DNA of 64,000 nt from Hypanus sabinus (Eukaryota): positions 11,470,001-11,534,000 of the forward strand of contig NC_082731.1 of the NCBI RefSeq assembly GCF_030144855.1, written 5' to 3'. Below the pieces are notes generated by a model. The model was not told where the DNA came from and did not search any database. It saw only the letters and a program-made list of their open reading frames with translations. Shown here piece after piece: positions 38,701-52,659 of the stretch (position 1 is its first letter; each line of letters begins with the position of its first letter). The position numbers were made by a program, and so were the translations under genes.

Positions 38701-39179
38701 TCAGAATTATTTTTCTGCTTATTTCTTGCCAAATATCGGTGATCTTTATGGACACAAACACACACAACAGACGCTATTAAAACGTATTTGTTTTATTAAG
38801 CGAACTATTATAATAGTTCCATAAGGCTTGTTAATAATGATCATGTGCTCTCCACCCCGACTTTTTAAAGCAAGGCAACTGATTAAGATACAGGACACAG
38901 AGAACTATAGTTTGCACTTTCTTAGTGCGGAGCCTTGACTATCAAACCATATTTTGGAACTTGGTCAATGGAGGAAGGTACAAAGACTCATTTCTAAACA
39001 ACTTATTGCTTTGTCGGTGAATAAGGATAGTCGGAGAGGGCACCCCTCATGAAGTCACACTAAATTAATTGCTTCGTTCAAGTTCAAAACAAGAATGCCA
39101 GATTGCAAGGCGTATTGAATTGTTTTTACAGTTATGGTAGACTCCAATCTCTCACTGTTCGACAATATTTTAATCCCAG

Positions 39180-39185
39180 TTTATT
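39180..39185 (-). promoter_or_regulatory. Candidate poly(A) signal of the membrane-form IgH mRNA
   Basis: First minus-strand AATAAA I found after the candidate TM2 stop, about 380 nt downstream. Confidence 0.3.
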
Positions 39186-39564
39186 TTACAATATTTAGAG
39201 GAATATGCTTAGCAATCTTCTGTGAATTCTAACTAAAACAGCTGGTTCACAAAGCAGAAATCAGAATCAAACTGATGGAAGAAAGGGAAACAAAGTTATA
39301 ATTTCACAAGCACGATATCGCAATTAATACAAATGATACAGAGAGTAGTGGTCTATTGTTATCATCTACACAAGAGATTCTGCAGATAGTGGAAATCCAG
39401 AACAACACCCCAAAAGTTGGAGGAACTCAGCAGGTCAGGCAGCATCTATGGAGCAGATTAAAAATCGACGCTCCGGGCTGAGACGCTTCATCAGGATGGT
39501 CACCATTCGTCATCATTTAACTTCCGGTCATTAAAAGCTGGAGCTGCGTCTGTTTCAGCATTCT

Positions 39565-39573
39565 CTACTTCAC
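39565..39573 (-). CDS. IgW: Candidate IgH TM2 exon (Val-Lys-stop)
   Basis: Minus strand gtgttttgtcattacag|GTG AAG TAG: phase-0 acceptor completing the ...K-VK* tail typical of Ig membrane forms; no better VK/VQ-stop acceptor noticed between it and TM1. Confidence 0.5.
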   Translation of the reverse strand: MK

Positions 39574-40809
39574 CTGTAATGACAAAACACGTACAGAGAA
39601 TCCAGTGAACAACTGAGAGAGACAAACAGTCAAAGTGACCGAATGGTCGAAAGAGTACAGTAACAAAATAAAATGTTCTAATATTTTCATTGTAAATTGT
39701 TAGATTCATTACCAGCTGCAGGCTGCATCGCCATTCTATATTTCTGTATACTCTATTAAATGTACTTATAAGTCGTAAATATACAGCGAAATGATTGGTC
39801 GGCTGCTTTCTTTCCAACCAAAATCTGATCCCTCATATGTCAGATATGAAGGAGTTGATATATTTTGATGCTTTCTACTTGATCTGATACCTCATACCGC
39901 GTGGTGTACTTTCGGAGAAAGTTTTACCTTCTGTATTTTCTTATCCCTTTGCAGCGAGCGAATATTCTAAAATAGGCTGTGCATAGTTTTACATATTATT
40001 TCGGCGAACAAGAAGCACCATCCACGTTAAGCACCAAGAATAAATTCTTCTTTGCACTTGTCAGAACTGTTGTGTTGTTGGTCATAGTCCCTGGTCGTAA
40101 AAGTGAGAATGTTGCCGAGCAAGGTTGCAGATCATCGGGGTGTATTAGGAGTCGTCCAGCTTTATTGCCCAATAAATGGAAGTCGAAAAGTACAACGTCA
40201 GGCTCAGGGCTCTCTTGGAATTATACCAATATTTCCAGTCTGTATAATAAATGTCAGACAATTGTATTGATAGCACTACAGTAAAGGATTAGTAGTGTAT
40301 TCGTTGATCTGAATAGCTTGCCTCAAGGAACGAGAATTGAAAAATAATGTAATTAAACATAACAGAATTGAGAATTATGTGTGCTGATGCTTTGAAACTG
40401 AACAAAATCGCCTTCTGCATGATAATGATCAATATTGTGAAAGTTTCCACGAATGAGCGACTTGAACTAAGAGAAATAGAAACAACATGGTTATAACATG
40501 ATGGCGGAACGCAGCAGATTAGGCAGTGTCTGTGGAGAGGACTAAGCAATTGCCGTCTTAAACTGCGACTCTTCATTCATCTCCATAAATTCTACTTGGT
40601 CTGCTGAGTTCGGTGAGGATTTATTGTGGTTGCACTAGATTTCCAACATGTGCAGAATGATCTGCAGCTAAGAAGAAAGAGCAATGAAGTAAAGACAGTG
40701 ATGGGGAGGAATATCGTCTCTCAATGTGTTATGAAACTTTTAAATCAGAACCCATAAGCCCGTTTTACAGAATACATAACATATTGCATCGTTATTGATA
40801 TAGTTGCAA

Positions 40810-43800
40810 CGAGTGATTAGATTGGCCGGGTCAAGGCGGGGCAGGTTGCCTGTGTAGAATACAGTCAGGAAGAATGCGTGTGAGGCCAGTGTTCCGTGTT
40901 TGGTGTCAGATGTGGGAAACCCGGAAGACTCCAAGGCTCCTGGACGGGCACCTCTGCGCCAGGTGCGTCGAGCAGCAGCTCCTTAGGGACTGGGTTAGGG
41001 CTCTGAAGATGCAGCTCGATTACCTTCGTCTGGTCAGGAAAAGTGAGGAAGTGATAGCGACGAGATATAGGCAGATAGTCACACTGGGGCCTATGGAGAC
41101 AAAAAAGTGGGAAACAGGCGAGGGAAAGGCACAAGTCAGATGCTAGAGAGCACTCCTGTACCTATACCGCTTGGCAATAAGTATTCCTGTTTGAGTTCTG
41201 TTGGGAGGGCACGGCCTACTGGGAAAAGCAACAGGGGCTGCGCCTCTGGCATAGAGGTTGGCCCTGGGACTCAAAAGGGTAGGGAAAAGTAGACGACGCA
41301 GCAGTGATAAGGGACTTTATAGTTAGTGGATCAGGCAGGCGATATTGTGGACGCAGCAGAGAAGCACGGATGTTACTTTGTCTCCCAGGTGCCAGAGTCG
41401 GGGATGATGCTGATCACGTCCACGATATCCTGAAATGGGGAGCAAAGCAGACAGAAGTCGTGGTACATATTGGTACCAACGACATAGGCAGGAAAAGGTA
41501 GCACGTCCTGAATTCAGACGACAGGGAGTTAGGAAGGAATTTGAGTAGCAGGACAACAAAGCTAGTAATCTCGGGATTACTGCCTCTGCCACGTGACAAT
41601 CAGTAGAGGAATAGTACGAGGTGGAGGATAAATATGTGGCTGAGGGATTGGAGCAGTGAGCAGCGATTCAGATTTCTCGATCACTGGGATCTCTTTTGGT
41701 GCATGAGTGACCTGTACAAAAAGGACGGTTTGCACTTGAGTCCCGTGGGACCAATATTCTGGCGGGGACGTTTGCAAATGCTACAGGGGAGAGGATTGCT
41801 GGGGGTTTGAAACAAACTGGAGACAGAGGAAGAGGCGGTTCTCTCAGAAATAGAGAGAATTTGGAAACAGTGCGAGAGGGAGCATGGGCAGTTTATAGAG
41901 AAGGGATGCGCTCAGACCGATGATTTGAGATGTGTCTCTTTTAATGCAAGGAGAATTATGGACAAAGCGGATGAGCTTAGAGCATGGATCAGTACTTGGA
42001 GCTATGACGTTGTGGCCATTACAGGGAATTGGATGGCTAGTCTGCAGGAATGGTTACTTCGTGTGTCAGGCTTTAGATGTTTCAGAAAGGACAGGGAGGG
42101 AGGCAAAAGAGCAGTGACACTGTTGATCAGAGATAATGTCACGGCTGCAGAAAAGGAGGAAGACGTGGACGGATTGTCTACGGAGTCTCTGTGGGATGAC
42201 GGTAGGAACAGGAAGGAGTCAATATCTCTACTGTGTGTTTTTTATAGACCGCCCAATAATAACAGGGACCTTGAGGAGCAGATAGTGAGACGTATTCTGG
42301 AAAGGGTAATAGTAACAGGTTTGTCGTTGTAGGAGGTTTTAATGTCCCAAATATCGATTGGCATGTCCCTAGAGCGAGGGGTTTAGATGGGGTTGAGTTT
42401 CTTAGGTGTGTTCAGGAAGCTTTCATGACACAATAAATAGATAAGCCTAAGCGGAGAGGCTGGACTTGATCTGGTATTGGGAAATGAATCTGCTCAGGTG
42501 TCAGATCTCTCAGTGGGAGAGCATTTTGGAGATAATAATCAGAATTCTATCTCCTTTACCATAGCACTGGAGAAAGATAAGAACAGACAAGTTAGGAAAA
42601 TGTTTAATTGGAGTAAAGGGAAGTATGAGTGAAGGCTGTCAGGAAGGAACTTGGAAGTATTTTTTTAAGAACATGTGCTCAGGTAAATATATGGAAGAAT
42701 GTTCAGGGTATATATGCGTGGAGTTCAGGATTGGTACGTTCCAGTAAGACAGAGAAAGGATGATAGGGTACAGTAACCATGGTGTAAAAAGGCTGTTGTA
42801 AATCTTGACAAGAAGAGAAGAAGAGCTTACGACAGGTTCAAAAAGCTAGGTAATGTTAGAGATCGTGAAGATTTTAAGGCTAGCAGGAATGAGCTTAGGA
42901 AAGAAATTAGGAGAGCCAGAAAGGGGCCATGGGAAGGCCTTAGCGAATAGGATTTAAGAAACCTCAAGGCATTCTCCAAGTATATGAAGAGCAAGACGAT
43001 AAGACGTCAGAGAATAAGGCTAATCAAATGTGAGAGGGGAAAGGTGTGTATGGAATCGGAGGAGATAGTAGAGGTACTCAATGAGTACTTTGCTTCAGTA
43101 TTCACTATGGAAAAGGATCTTGGCAAACGTAGGGATGACTTACAATGGACTGAAAAGCTTGATCATGTAGATATTAAGAAAAGAGGACGTGTTGGAGCTT
43201 CTGGAACGCAATCAAGTTGGATAAGTCACTGGAACCGGGCGATATTTACCCCAGACTACTGTGGGAGGCGAAGGAGGAGGTTGCTGAGCCTCTGGTGATG
43301 ATCTTTGAATCATAAATTGGGACAGCAGAGGTTCCGGAGGTTTGGAGGGTTGCACATGTTGTTCCATTATACAAGAAATGGAATAGAGATAGTCCAGGAA
43401 ATTATAGCCAGTGAGTCTTACATCAGTGGTTGGTAATTTGATGGAGAAGAAACTGCGAGGCAGGATTCATGAACATATGCAGAGGTATGATATGATTAGC
43501 AATAGTCAACAGAGCTTTGTGAAAGGTAGGTCGTTCCTTACGAGCCTGATAGAGCTTTTTGAGGATTTGACTAAACACGTTGTTGAAGGAAGAACAGTAG
43601 ATGTGGTGTATATGGATTTCAGCAAGGGGTTTGATAAGGTATCCCATGCAAGGCTTATTGAGGAAATAAGAGGATATGGGATCCAAGGAGACATTGCTTT
43701 GTGGATCCAGAACCAGCTTGCACTCAGAATTCAAAGAGTGCTTGTAGTCGGGTCATATTCTGCGTAGGGGTCGGTGACCAGTGGTGTGCCCCAGGGATCT

Positions 43801-44487
43801 ATTCTGAGACGCGTCCTCTTCGTGATTTTTAGAAATGGCCAGGATGAGGAAGTGGTTAGTAAATTTGTTGATGACATAAAGGTTGGGGGTGTTGTCGATA
43901 GTTTGGAGGGCTGTCAGAAGTTACAGCGGGACGTTTTTCAACCAGATAAGTGTGAGGTGGTTCATTGTGGTAGGTGAAATATGATGGCAGAATATAGTAT
44001 TAATGGTAAGACTGTTATAGTATTAATGGCAGTGTGGACGATAAGATGGATCTTGGGGTCCGAATCCATAGGACACTCGAATCTACTACACAGGTTGAGT
44101 CTGTGGTTAAGAATGCATACGGTACATTGGCCTTCATCGATCGTGGGATTGAGTTTAGGAGCCGAGAGGTAATGTTGCAGCTATATAGGACCCTGGCCAG
44201 ACCCCACTTGGAGTACTCCGCTCAGTTCTGGTCGCCTCACTACAGGCAGGATGTAGAAACCATAGAAAGGGTGCAGAGGAGATTTCCAGGGATGTTGACT
44301 GGATTGGGGAGCATGCCTTATGAGAATAGATTGAGTGAACTCAGCCATTTTTCCTTGGAGCGACGGATGATTACCTGGTAGAGATGTATAAGGTGATGAG
44401 AAGCATTGATCGTGTGGATAGTCAGCTTTGTGAGCCGAAGGGCTTGTATTGTGCTGTAGGTTTTCTAGATTTCGATGTTTCTAACCA
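40810..44487 (+). mobile_element. Near full-length decayed CR1 LINE (ORF1 zinc finger + esterase, ORF2 endonuclease + RT)
   Basis: ORF1 CQMWE...HLCARCVEQ and VVVHIGTNDIGRK; ORF2 CVSFNARRI, YDVVAIT, VVYMDFSKGFDKV, SGVPQGSIL, KFVDDIK; ATTGG and GGCGGGG boxes at 40821-40841. Confidence 0.9.
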
Positions 44488-44699
44488 ATGATGAGGTCAC
44501 CTGTGATCTCAATGAATGGCATTTCGGCGGTCTGATTCGTCGGCCCTTTTTTCTATCCTGTCTGCTCCTTATTTTCACTTCAAAAGTATTTAGTTGTATT
44601 CAGTTTCTGAGCCCTCTGGTGAATGTTTCAATATATAATTCACAAAGACGTAATGGTCAGAAAAATTCTTTGCAGTAGTATCTCGTGGGTTTAATTTCT

Positions 44700-44880
44700 G
44701 GCGCCTTCCTGTAAGAATTTTTTACATTCTCCTCAATGACTGCATAGGTTTTCTCCGTGTGCTCGGGTTTCCATGTGCAGTTCGGTTGGCAGATTGGTCC
44801 ATTCCACGCGCAATTCGGTTGGTAGATTAATAGGTCATTGTAAATTGTCGTGTGATTTGGCCACGTTTTATGGGGCGTTG
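44700..44880 (+). mobile_element. V-SINE (HE1-like) remnant
   Basis: gcataggttttctccgtgtgctcgggtttcc...ggttggtagattaataggtcattgtaaattg resembles the V-SINE central domain. Confidence 0.55.
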
Positions 44881-45184
44881 CGGCTCGAAGGCTGATTTAA
44901 ATTTAATGAATCAGGTTCCAAGGTTTAGAAAATAACTTCTCTTTAGAAATAATAGAACTAAATATGCCAACCTCACAGTGAACATGAAGTATGCTTCAGC
45001 TACCTTGCGGAAAATTGGAAGAGCTGTGGAGACTGTGATAAGACCGATAGCATCAACGTGAATGGCTGCGATGATGTTGGGAATCTATATTGCAGTGCGA
45101 ATTGGAAAATGTAAATAATGACATCTAATAGCACATATATCAGTATGGAAAATGAAATAATTTAATTTTATAGAATGTTTCATG

Positions 45185-45785
45185 TGTAACGATTGGGAAT
45201 ATCGGCTTGTGTCTGTCTAGGTGAAAATCTGTCCACCCGCCAAACCATGTCTCCCGTTTGCGTAGTTGCCGTTTAATGCACTCTGGTACAAACTGGTACA
45301 TACAATATCAGACAGCACACACTTTATAACTCTTTCTGGAACTAGGTAATTACTAGCGATACAATATAAAAAGAAAGAAAAGGGCGCCAAAACTTATCAG
45401 AGTTCAGTCAGTTCGTGCACAACCGTTGGAGCTCAATCATCGAAGCTTTCTGTCCACCATTCGATCTTCTCTGACCTCCTCGACCCTCCACCTTGGACCA
45501 ACATCAGTGGTTAACCAGAGCACGTCCAGCACCTTCTTCTTCTTCGGTTCTCCTGCAGAAAAATCCGCGCACTCACTCCAGGTTCCCACGCATATAGATA
45601 GAAAACCGTCGCTTCCATTGGTTAGTTCCTGTTATCAATAATTATAACCCAAACATTTCAACTAAATATAGCATTACTTCATCAGTTACCTACAAAGAAG
45701 CCATTTCATTATAACGCTACAGAGAAAGCATTTTATGTATACAGTTAACAGTTAACATTACAGTTAATAATCTGAGAACCCTGCA
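45185..45785. mobile_element. Solo LTR related to 14203-14820
   Basis: Starts TGTAAC; CATG at 45181-45184 and 45786-45789 as probable TSD; shared core ggcgccaaaacttatcag(t/a)gttcagtcagtt...gtgcaca...cgttggagctcaa. Confidence 0.65.
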
Positions 45786-46151
45786 CATGTAAACATGAGG
45801 AAATGTTGGACGAACTGAGCAGGGTACGTCCAGTGACGCATACTGCGAAAACGCAAACGTTTTGGGTCCAAAACTCTTTCTCTAGGTGGTGAAGAATTGT
45901 TTAACTTGTCAGCCAGAAGCCGATTGTGCCAACTTGCCATGGGTATTGCAAATGGCAGGGCCGTGGAACGTCCCCAGCAGGCTAGGCTGTACTAATGGAG
46001 AGAGAAAATTTGAACGAAATTACAAATGGATTACTGATAAAAATTATTAGTTTTGATGCAAGAAGAAATAAAGTGCGAGTCACATCCCTGTCACATCCCT
46101 TCCTTACTGCTATATTCTCTTGTGATTCCTAAGGGAACAATTGACTTATAC

Positions 46152-49100
46152 TGTGACAAGGACGTGGCGGTGGAACAAACCCAAGTGCTAAACAGGGGCG
46201 CGGAGGCCGAGTATGGAGGCGTTACGGTCGTAGCGAGCGCGGAATTGGTGCCAAGGGAGTCTTCACCCGGAATCTTGGTTTTAGTAGAGAATTCAGGAAT
46301 GATGCTACAGTAGAACTGATAGTCCGAAGAACCATGAGGTTACTCATACACGAGTCGACCAACGAACTGGCAGCTCCTTGTTGTGGTCAGAAGATTTTTA
46401 TACCGCATTTGCTGATGGAAAGTAGGTGTTTGTAGTTAATGGAACCTGGGGATGATTGGGAACCTAACGAGATGATTGAGGCCCGATTCCTGAGCAAAAT
46501 AGATAGGTGGGCGATTGCCAGAAGACCGTACCCCTCCCTCAACGGCAGCATCCCGGCGATCCTCCAGGCCTGTCTGGATGGTCCCGATGAAAATCCTGGA
46601 TGAGGGAAGTTTCTAGGATGAAGGAGCGAGGAACCCAGGAACGCTCTTCCGGACCGTACCCTTCCCAGTCTACCAGGTATTGGAGACCCTTGCCCTTACG
46701 GCCCACGTCCAATAGTCTTCAGACGGTGTATGCCGGATGGTCGTCGATCATTTGGTCGGGTGGGCGTGTCTCAGCCGGGGAACAAAAAGGGCTGACGGAG
46801 ACTTGCTTTAACTGAGACCCATGGAAAGTTCGGTGGATGCGCATGGACCTTGGTAGCTTTAGGCGGACCGTTGTGGGATTCATAACCTTTTCACCCTTGA
46901 ATAGTCCCAGGAAGCGAAGGGCGAGTTTCCTATGTTCGTTTTTGAGCGGGATATCCCTGGAGGAAAGCCACGCCATCTGCCCAGATTGATACTCCGGCGC
47001 AGGAGTACGGTGTCGGTCGGCTGATTTCTGACTTCCATATGTTGGTTTGAGTTGGGCCGTGCGTGTTTCCTCCCAAGTCTTAAGGCACCGATCAATATGG
47101 TCCCGAACCGACGGTACCGCAATTTCCTCTTGCGGTGGGAACAGCGGAGGTTGGTACCTAAGGTAGCACTCGAACGGAGACCTCCCAAAGGCAGAGCTCA
47201 CCAGAGAATTGTGGGCGTACTCAACCCACGGGAGGTGGTCGCTTCAGGTCGACGGGTTGTTTGCCATAACACATCTTAGCGTCGCCTCCAGGTCTTGGTT
47301 GACCAGTTCCGTCTTGCCCGCCCGTCTGGGGGTGGAAGCCGGATGACAGGCTGAACGATGCACCTAAGGCTTGACAGAAGTCCTTCCATACCTGCGGGAC
47401 GAACTGGGGACCTCGATCGAGACAATGTCCGCGGGGATTCCGTGGAGGAGGAAGACGTGGCGGACGAGAAGATCTGCGGTTTCTTGAGAGAAAGGTAGGG
47501 AGGGCCACAAAGTGCACAGCCTTGGAGAATCGGTCTACCATGGTGAGGACAGTGGTGTTTCCGTGGGAAGGGGGTAGACCGCTGACGATGTCTAGGGCGA
47601 TGTGTGACCAGAGATAGGTAGAGGACGAAGAAGACCCGCAGGTGGTCGATGATAGACATTTCCCCGGGCACACATGGAACAAGCCGAGACATAAGAACGG
47701 GTGTCCCCCTCCATGGACGGCCACCAAAAGTGCTTCCTCAGGAGAGCCAGGGTCCGATCACTCCCGGGCTGACAGGCGAACTGGGATGTGTGCCCCAATT
47801 GGAGAACCTGAGACCTGACGGGGACGGGCACGTACAGGTGCTCGCCTGGTCCATTGCCAGGGTCGGGGTTATCCCGCTGGGCTTCCTTGATCTCCCAAGT
47901 GAGGGTGGCCACCACGCAGGATGGTGGGAGGATAGTCTCGGGACGGAAGGTGTCATCCTTGGAGTCATGCTGGCGGGATAGCGCGTCCGGCTTCCCGTTC
48001 TTGGATACTGGACGGTACGTTAAGGTGAACTTGAACCGCCCAAAAAAACAATGGCCAACGGGCCAGGCGGGAGTTCAGCCGTTGTGGCGGTCTGAATATA
48101 CTCCAGGTTCTTGTGATCAGTCAGCAGCACAAACGAATTTTCTGCCCCCTCCAACCTGTGCCTCCATTCTTCCAGAGCTAGTTTGACCGCCAGCTGTTCC
48201 GAATTCCCCACGTCGTAGTTCCGCTCGGCAGGGGACAGTTGGCGAGAGTAGAAGGCGCAGGGGTGAAGCTTTTCGACCGAATCTGCCCGTTGGGATAGGA
48301 CCGCTCCTACCCCGGAGTAAGAGGCGTCCAGCTCAACGATGGATTGCCGGGATAGGTCGCGATAGACCAGGATTGGAGCGGTGGGGAAACGCGTTTTCAG
48401 ATCGGTGAATGCTGAGTCGGCTTCCGAGTCCCAGCAAAACGGTGTGGTAGGCGAGGTACGCCCGTTAAGGGGGGCCGCCACTCGACAGTATTCTCTGATG
48501 AATCTGCGGTAGAAGTTTGCAGACCCCAGGAATCGTTGAAGTTGTTGGCGTGTCAAGGGTCTAGGCCATTCCTCCACTGCTCGGATTTTCTCGAGGTCTG
48601 CTTTTATCTGCCCGCTTTCAATGATATAGCCTAGTAAGATTACCGAAGGGACGTGGAACTCGCATTTTCCACCTTTGCAAATAACTCGTTTTCATACAGT
48701 CTCTGGATGACTTGATGAACATGCTATATGTGTTCTTGGGGGCTAATGGAAAATATGAGGATATCGTCAAGGTAAGCAAATACGAACCGATTGATAAAGT
48801 CGCTCAGTACGTCATTGATCAGGGTTTGGTAAATGGCGGGAGCATTGGTGAGGCCAATCGGCATGACCGTCTTCCATTCGTCCCCCTCCCTCATCCTGAC
48901 TGAATGGTATGCGTTACGAAGGTCCAACTTTGAGAAGATGGTGGCTCCATGCAGTGTTTCAAATGCCGAACTAATGAGGGGTAGAGGGTACTTGTTCTTA
49001 ACTGTTATATTATTTAGGGCTCGGTAGTCGATGCAAGGGCGAAGCGTCCAATCCTTCTTTTCTACAAAAAAGAAACCGTCGCCTACCGGGGAGGAGGAAG

Positions 49101-51153
49101 GCCTGATAAATCCCGCCGCGAGGGACTCGCTAAGGTATTTCTCCATGACCTTTCTCTCCAGTCGGGATAGGTTAAAAAGACGACTGGTAGGTAGCGGGGC
49201 CCCGGGGAGGAGGTCGATAACACAATCATATGGGGGTGCGGAGGCAGGATAAGGGCCTATAGAAACTGTCTCAAGTCATGGTACACCGTGGATACGCGGG
49301 ACAAGTCGAGGGGTTCCAAAACAGACGGTGCCGTGTTAGTTTCTCTGGGGCCGATCGCAGAGTTGGCATGGCAAGACGGACTCCATTTGGCTATCCTTCC
49401 GGTAGACCAGTAGATATGGGAATTGTGTTGGGTCAGCCATGGATACACTAGAACTACCGGAGCTTGAGGTGAATGAATGAGACCGAATCGTATCTCCTCC
49501 AGATGGTTGCCGGAAAGGATCAATGACAGGGGTGGCGTACAGTGGATCACCTGAGCCAGCAGTTTTCCGTGCAGGGCCGGGGCCTCCAGGGGTTTGGTTA
49601 GCGAGGTATTCCGGCCTTTCTGGCTATCTCCTCCTCCAGCAGATTGCCCTCAGCACCGGAATCAACTAAAGCGGATAGGGACAGGGACTGTTGTTGGTAG
49701 TTCACTGTTGCCGGGAACTGCATCCGAGTCTGGGGTGCTGGATGGAGTATCATTCGGCTCACCAGAGCTCCCTTTCTCATGGACGAGCCCTCCCTTTTGG
49801 CCGCAGAGGGCAGGTATCTCGGAAATGTCCTGGCTGACCACATTAGTAGCAATCCCCAGCTCTCCACCTCCGGATTCGTTCGGCCGGGGACAGACGGTTC
49901 TGTCCCAGCTGCATCGGTTCCTCCCCCAGGGGGTGGGGACGTTCGTAGCAGGAGCCACACTGGGAGCGGCTGGGGAAGGGGGCTGGCTGAGACTGGTCAG
50001 GTGGACTGTGGGCTTCCCCGAGGAGCTGGGCGACTGGTTCTCTCTCTCTGAAGTCGATAATCTAATCGAATGACAAGCGAGTTCAGAGTGTCCAGACAGT
50101 CCGTGTCGTCCCTCACGGCCAACTGATCCTTTATCTTGTCCGAGAGGTTCTCTTGAAACACCTCCGTAGGGCCTGGTTTTTCCACCCGGACTCTGCGGCT
50201 AAGGTCCGGAACACAGTGGAATACCTCGCCACATTTCGCGAAGCCTGACGAAGAGTAAGCAACCGTTTCGCGGCGTCCTTACCGTGAATGGATTCTTCGA
50301 AGACTTTCCACATTTCAGCAGCAAAGGAGTAGCAGGAGGAACAAACCTCTGGTCGGTTATCCCATATCGCGGTTGCCCAGGCCAAGGCATCCCCATGATG
50401 TACCAAATCTTACATTTATCGGAAGTGTAGGTACGTGGCTTCAGCTCAAAGACGAGGGAACATTGTAACAGGATGTCCCGGAACCTATCTGGGTCACCGG
50501 CACATACGGCTCTCGAGGGAATGGTGTTGCTGATTCCGGGGGCGAAGTCATTCCGAGCCGGGGTTCGTGGAGGGGACGGAGGAAATGAAGCGGAGACCCG
50601 GTCCACTTGTTCACTGACCTTCTGCACATTCGTGGGTAGTCTCCGAAGATTTTCCGTGATCTCTCGAAGTAGTTGTTCTTGGGCGCCCAGTAGGTAGCCA
50701 TGGCTGGCCAGGGCCTGTTGTACGGGATCAGTGTCCGCTGGGTTCATCATGACCAGTTAGTTCTGTTACAATGACGTGGCGATGGAACGAACCCAAGTGC
50801 TGAACACGGGCACGGAGGCCGAGTATTGAGGCGTTACGATCGTAGCTTGCGCGGAATTGGTGCTAAGGGAGTCTTTACTAGCAGTCTTGTTTTTAGTAGA
50901 GAATTCAGGAACGTTGCTGGACTAGAACCGGTAGTCCTAAGGACCAAAGAACGAAGTTACTGGTACAAAAGTCGACCAACGAAATGGCAATTCCTTGTTG
51001 TGGTCACATGATTTTTATACTGCATTTACTGATGTTTGTACAGGTGTTTGTAGTTAGTGGAACCTGGAAATGATTGGGAACTAAACGAACTGAATGAGGC
51101 CCAATTCCTGAGGAAAATAGCCAGGTGGGCGATTTCAAGAAGGGACTGTGACA
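46152..51153 (-). mobile_element. Complete decayed sushi-like Ty3/gypsy chromovirus
   Basis: LTRs 46152-~46531 and 50764-51153 (roughly 85% identical by eye); TSD TATAC at 46147-46151 and 51154-51158; gag (MMNPADTDP...), protease [21 protein letters not shown], RNase [14 protein letters not shown], integrase, chromodomain [16 protein letters not shown]; stops and frameshifts. Confidence 0.95.
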
Positions 51154-52659
51154 TATACACCAATGGGTCTCTGCTCATGAAAATTTCGTCGTGCCCTATC
51201 CTGTCCCTCATATGCTCTAATCTTATAGTATTTCACTTTCCAAAATACATCCCCTCATCTGTCACAGGACTAACTTGCTTCTGCCAACGTTCTCGTCAGC
51301 TCTCTCCTACTGATATCCTACTGTATCCGTTGATAAGCATTTTGGGTTAACTTACTAATTAGATATTCTACGTCAAATTCAAGTAATTAATAACTATTAC
51401 AGACAGCAATGGTTCCACAAGTGACCATTGTGATGCACCACTCCAGAGATTTTCAATCAGAAAGTTATTACGTTCTGCTTCCTATCTCCAAGCCAATGAT
51501 AGTTCTAGATTTCCAGTTTGCTTTGGAGATCGTTATCAAAGATTTTACAAAGGTCTATGTAGGCACATTCCAAGAGTGAGACCCGGGTGTAGCATTAAAT
51601 AGAGAGGTAAATGGACGTCCCACATCACTGATGAGGATGAAATGCAGATACTCTGCAAAGTGATCATCCAACTTCAAGTGATGTCTCCATTGTGGAGGGG
51701 GCCACATCGTGAACGTCAAATATATTGCAGTAGATTAGAAGAAGTGTGAATTAAACTGAACCTCTGCGATATCTGAATTGTGTGGGTCCCTTGATAACGG
51801 GATGAAAGGACCTATGTTCTGTAGTGGCATGAGAAAATGTCATATTGGTTTCGGGGAAGCAATTGCGGTGTATGGAGGCAAAAAATATTTGATGAAAAGG
51901 AAATATATGTATTGGTCTGGAATGTTTTGGGAGTCAACAGAAATAGTGAGGAATGATTCATTGTCAGGGCCGACCGTAAAACTGAAGCTAAGGATCCAGT
52001 TTACTTATCTCTTGAAATAGAGACGAAGTAATTCAGAAACCAAAGGGAAAGGTCATAATTAGTCCATCTGCAGACGAGAGCAAAGTGATCGGGAAAGCTA
52101 TAAACTTTACAAGTTCTATGCGAATGCAGGAAGCAGCAATAATGTAGTTAGTAATAATGTAGTTCGTAGTAAAGGAAAGCTCGTGGATGGAGGCGGCGAG
52201 CAAAATGAAATAAAGGCTGTGCTATCTGTTCCTCAAAAGGACGCTCCTAAAGTGCCCCAGTTTCATCTGAGTTCTCATGATAATACATTCCATCAGTATA
52301 ATCTAAGTGATGTTGAAGGATATGTTGTTCAACGTGAGGATGGTTTCAGCCGCCAGGTAAATTAGTATATTTGAAACGTCCGTTCAAAGAGCTGGCCATA
52401 GTGTCCGACTTTCCAACAGTGATTAAAAACATCCTTTACTTGCTAAGTGACAGCCATGATCAGGCTTCAAGCTGGATTAAAGCATAGCGGTATTGATAGT
52501 CTCCTCTCCTTTCAAAGAACTTCACAGGCAAACAGCAATGCTTATCCTGGGGTCAATATTGCAATGTCAGACAAAGCCGCAGTGACCTACGCACAACTTT
52601 GCTCCTACAGAGATGACGGGGAGCAATATACTGAGAGGATTAAAATGTGTCTGTACCTT

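Noticed and set aside
44974-44980. Perfect RSS heptamer CACAGTG
   Set aside because: No nonamer at 12- or 23-nt spacing
52183-52365. 60-aa ORF ending near CAG|GTAAAT
   Set aside because: No homology and no supporting exon structure
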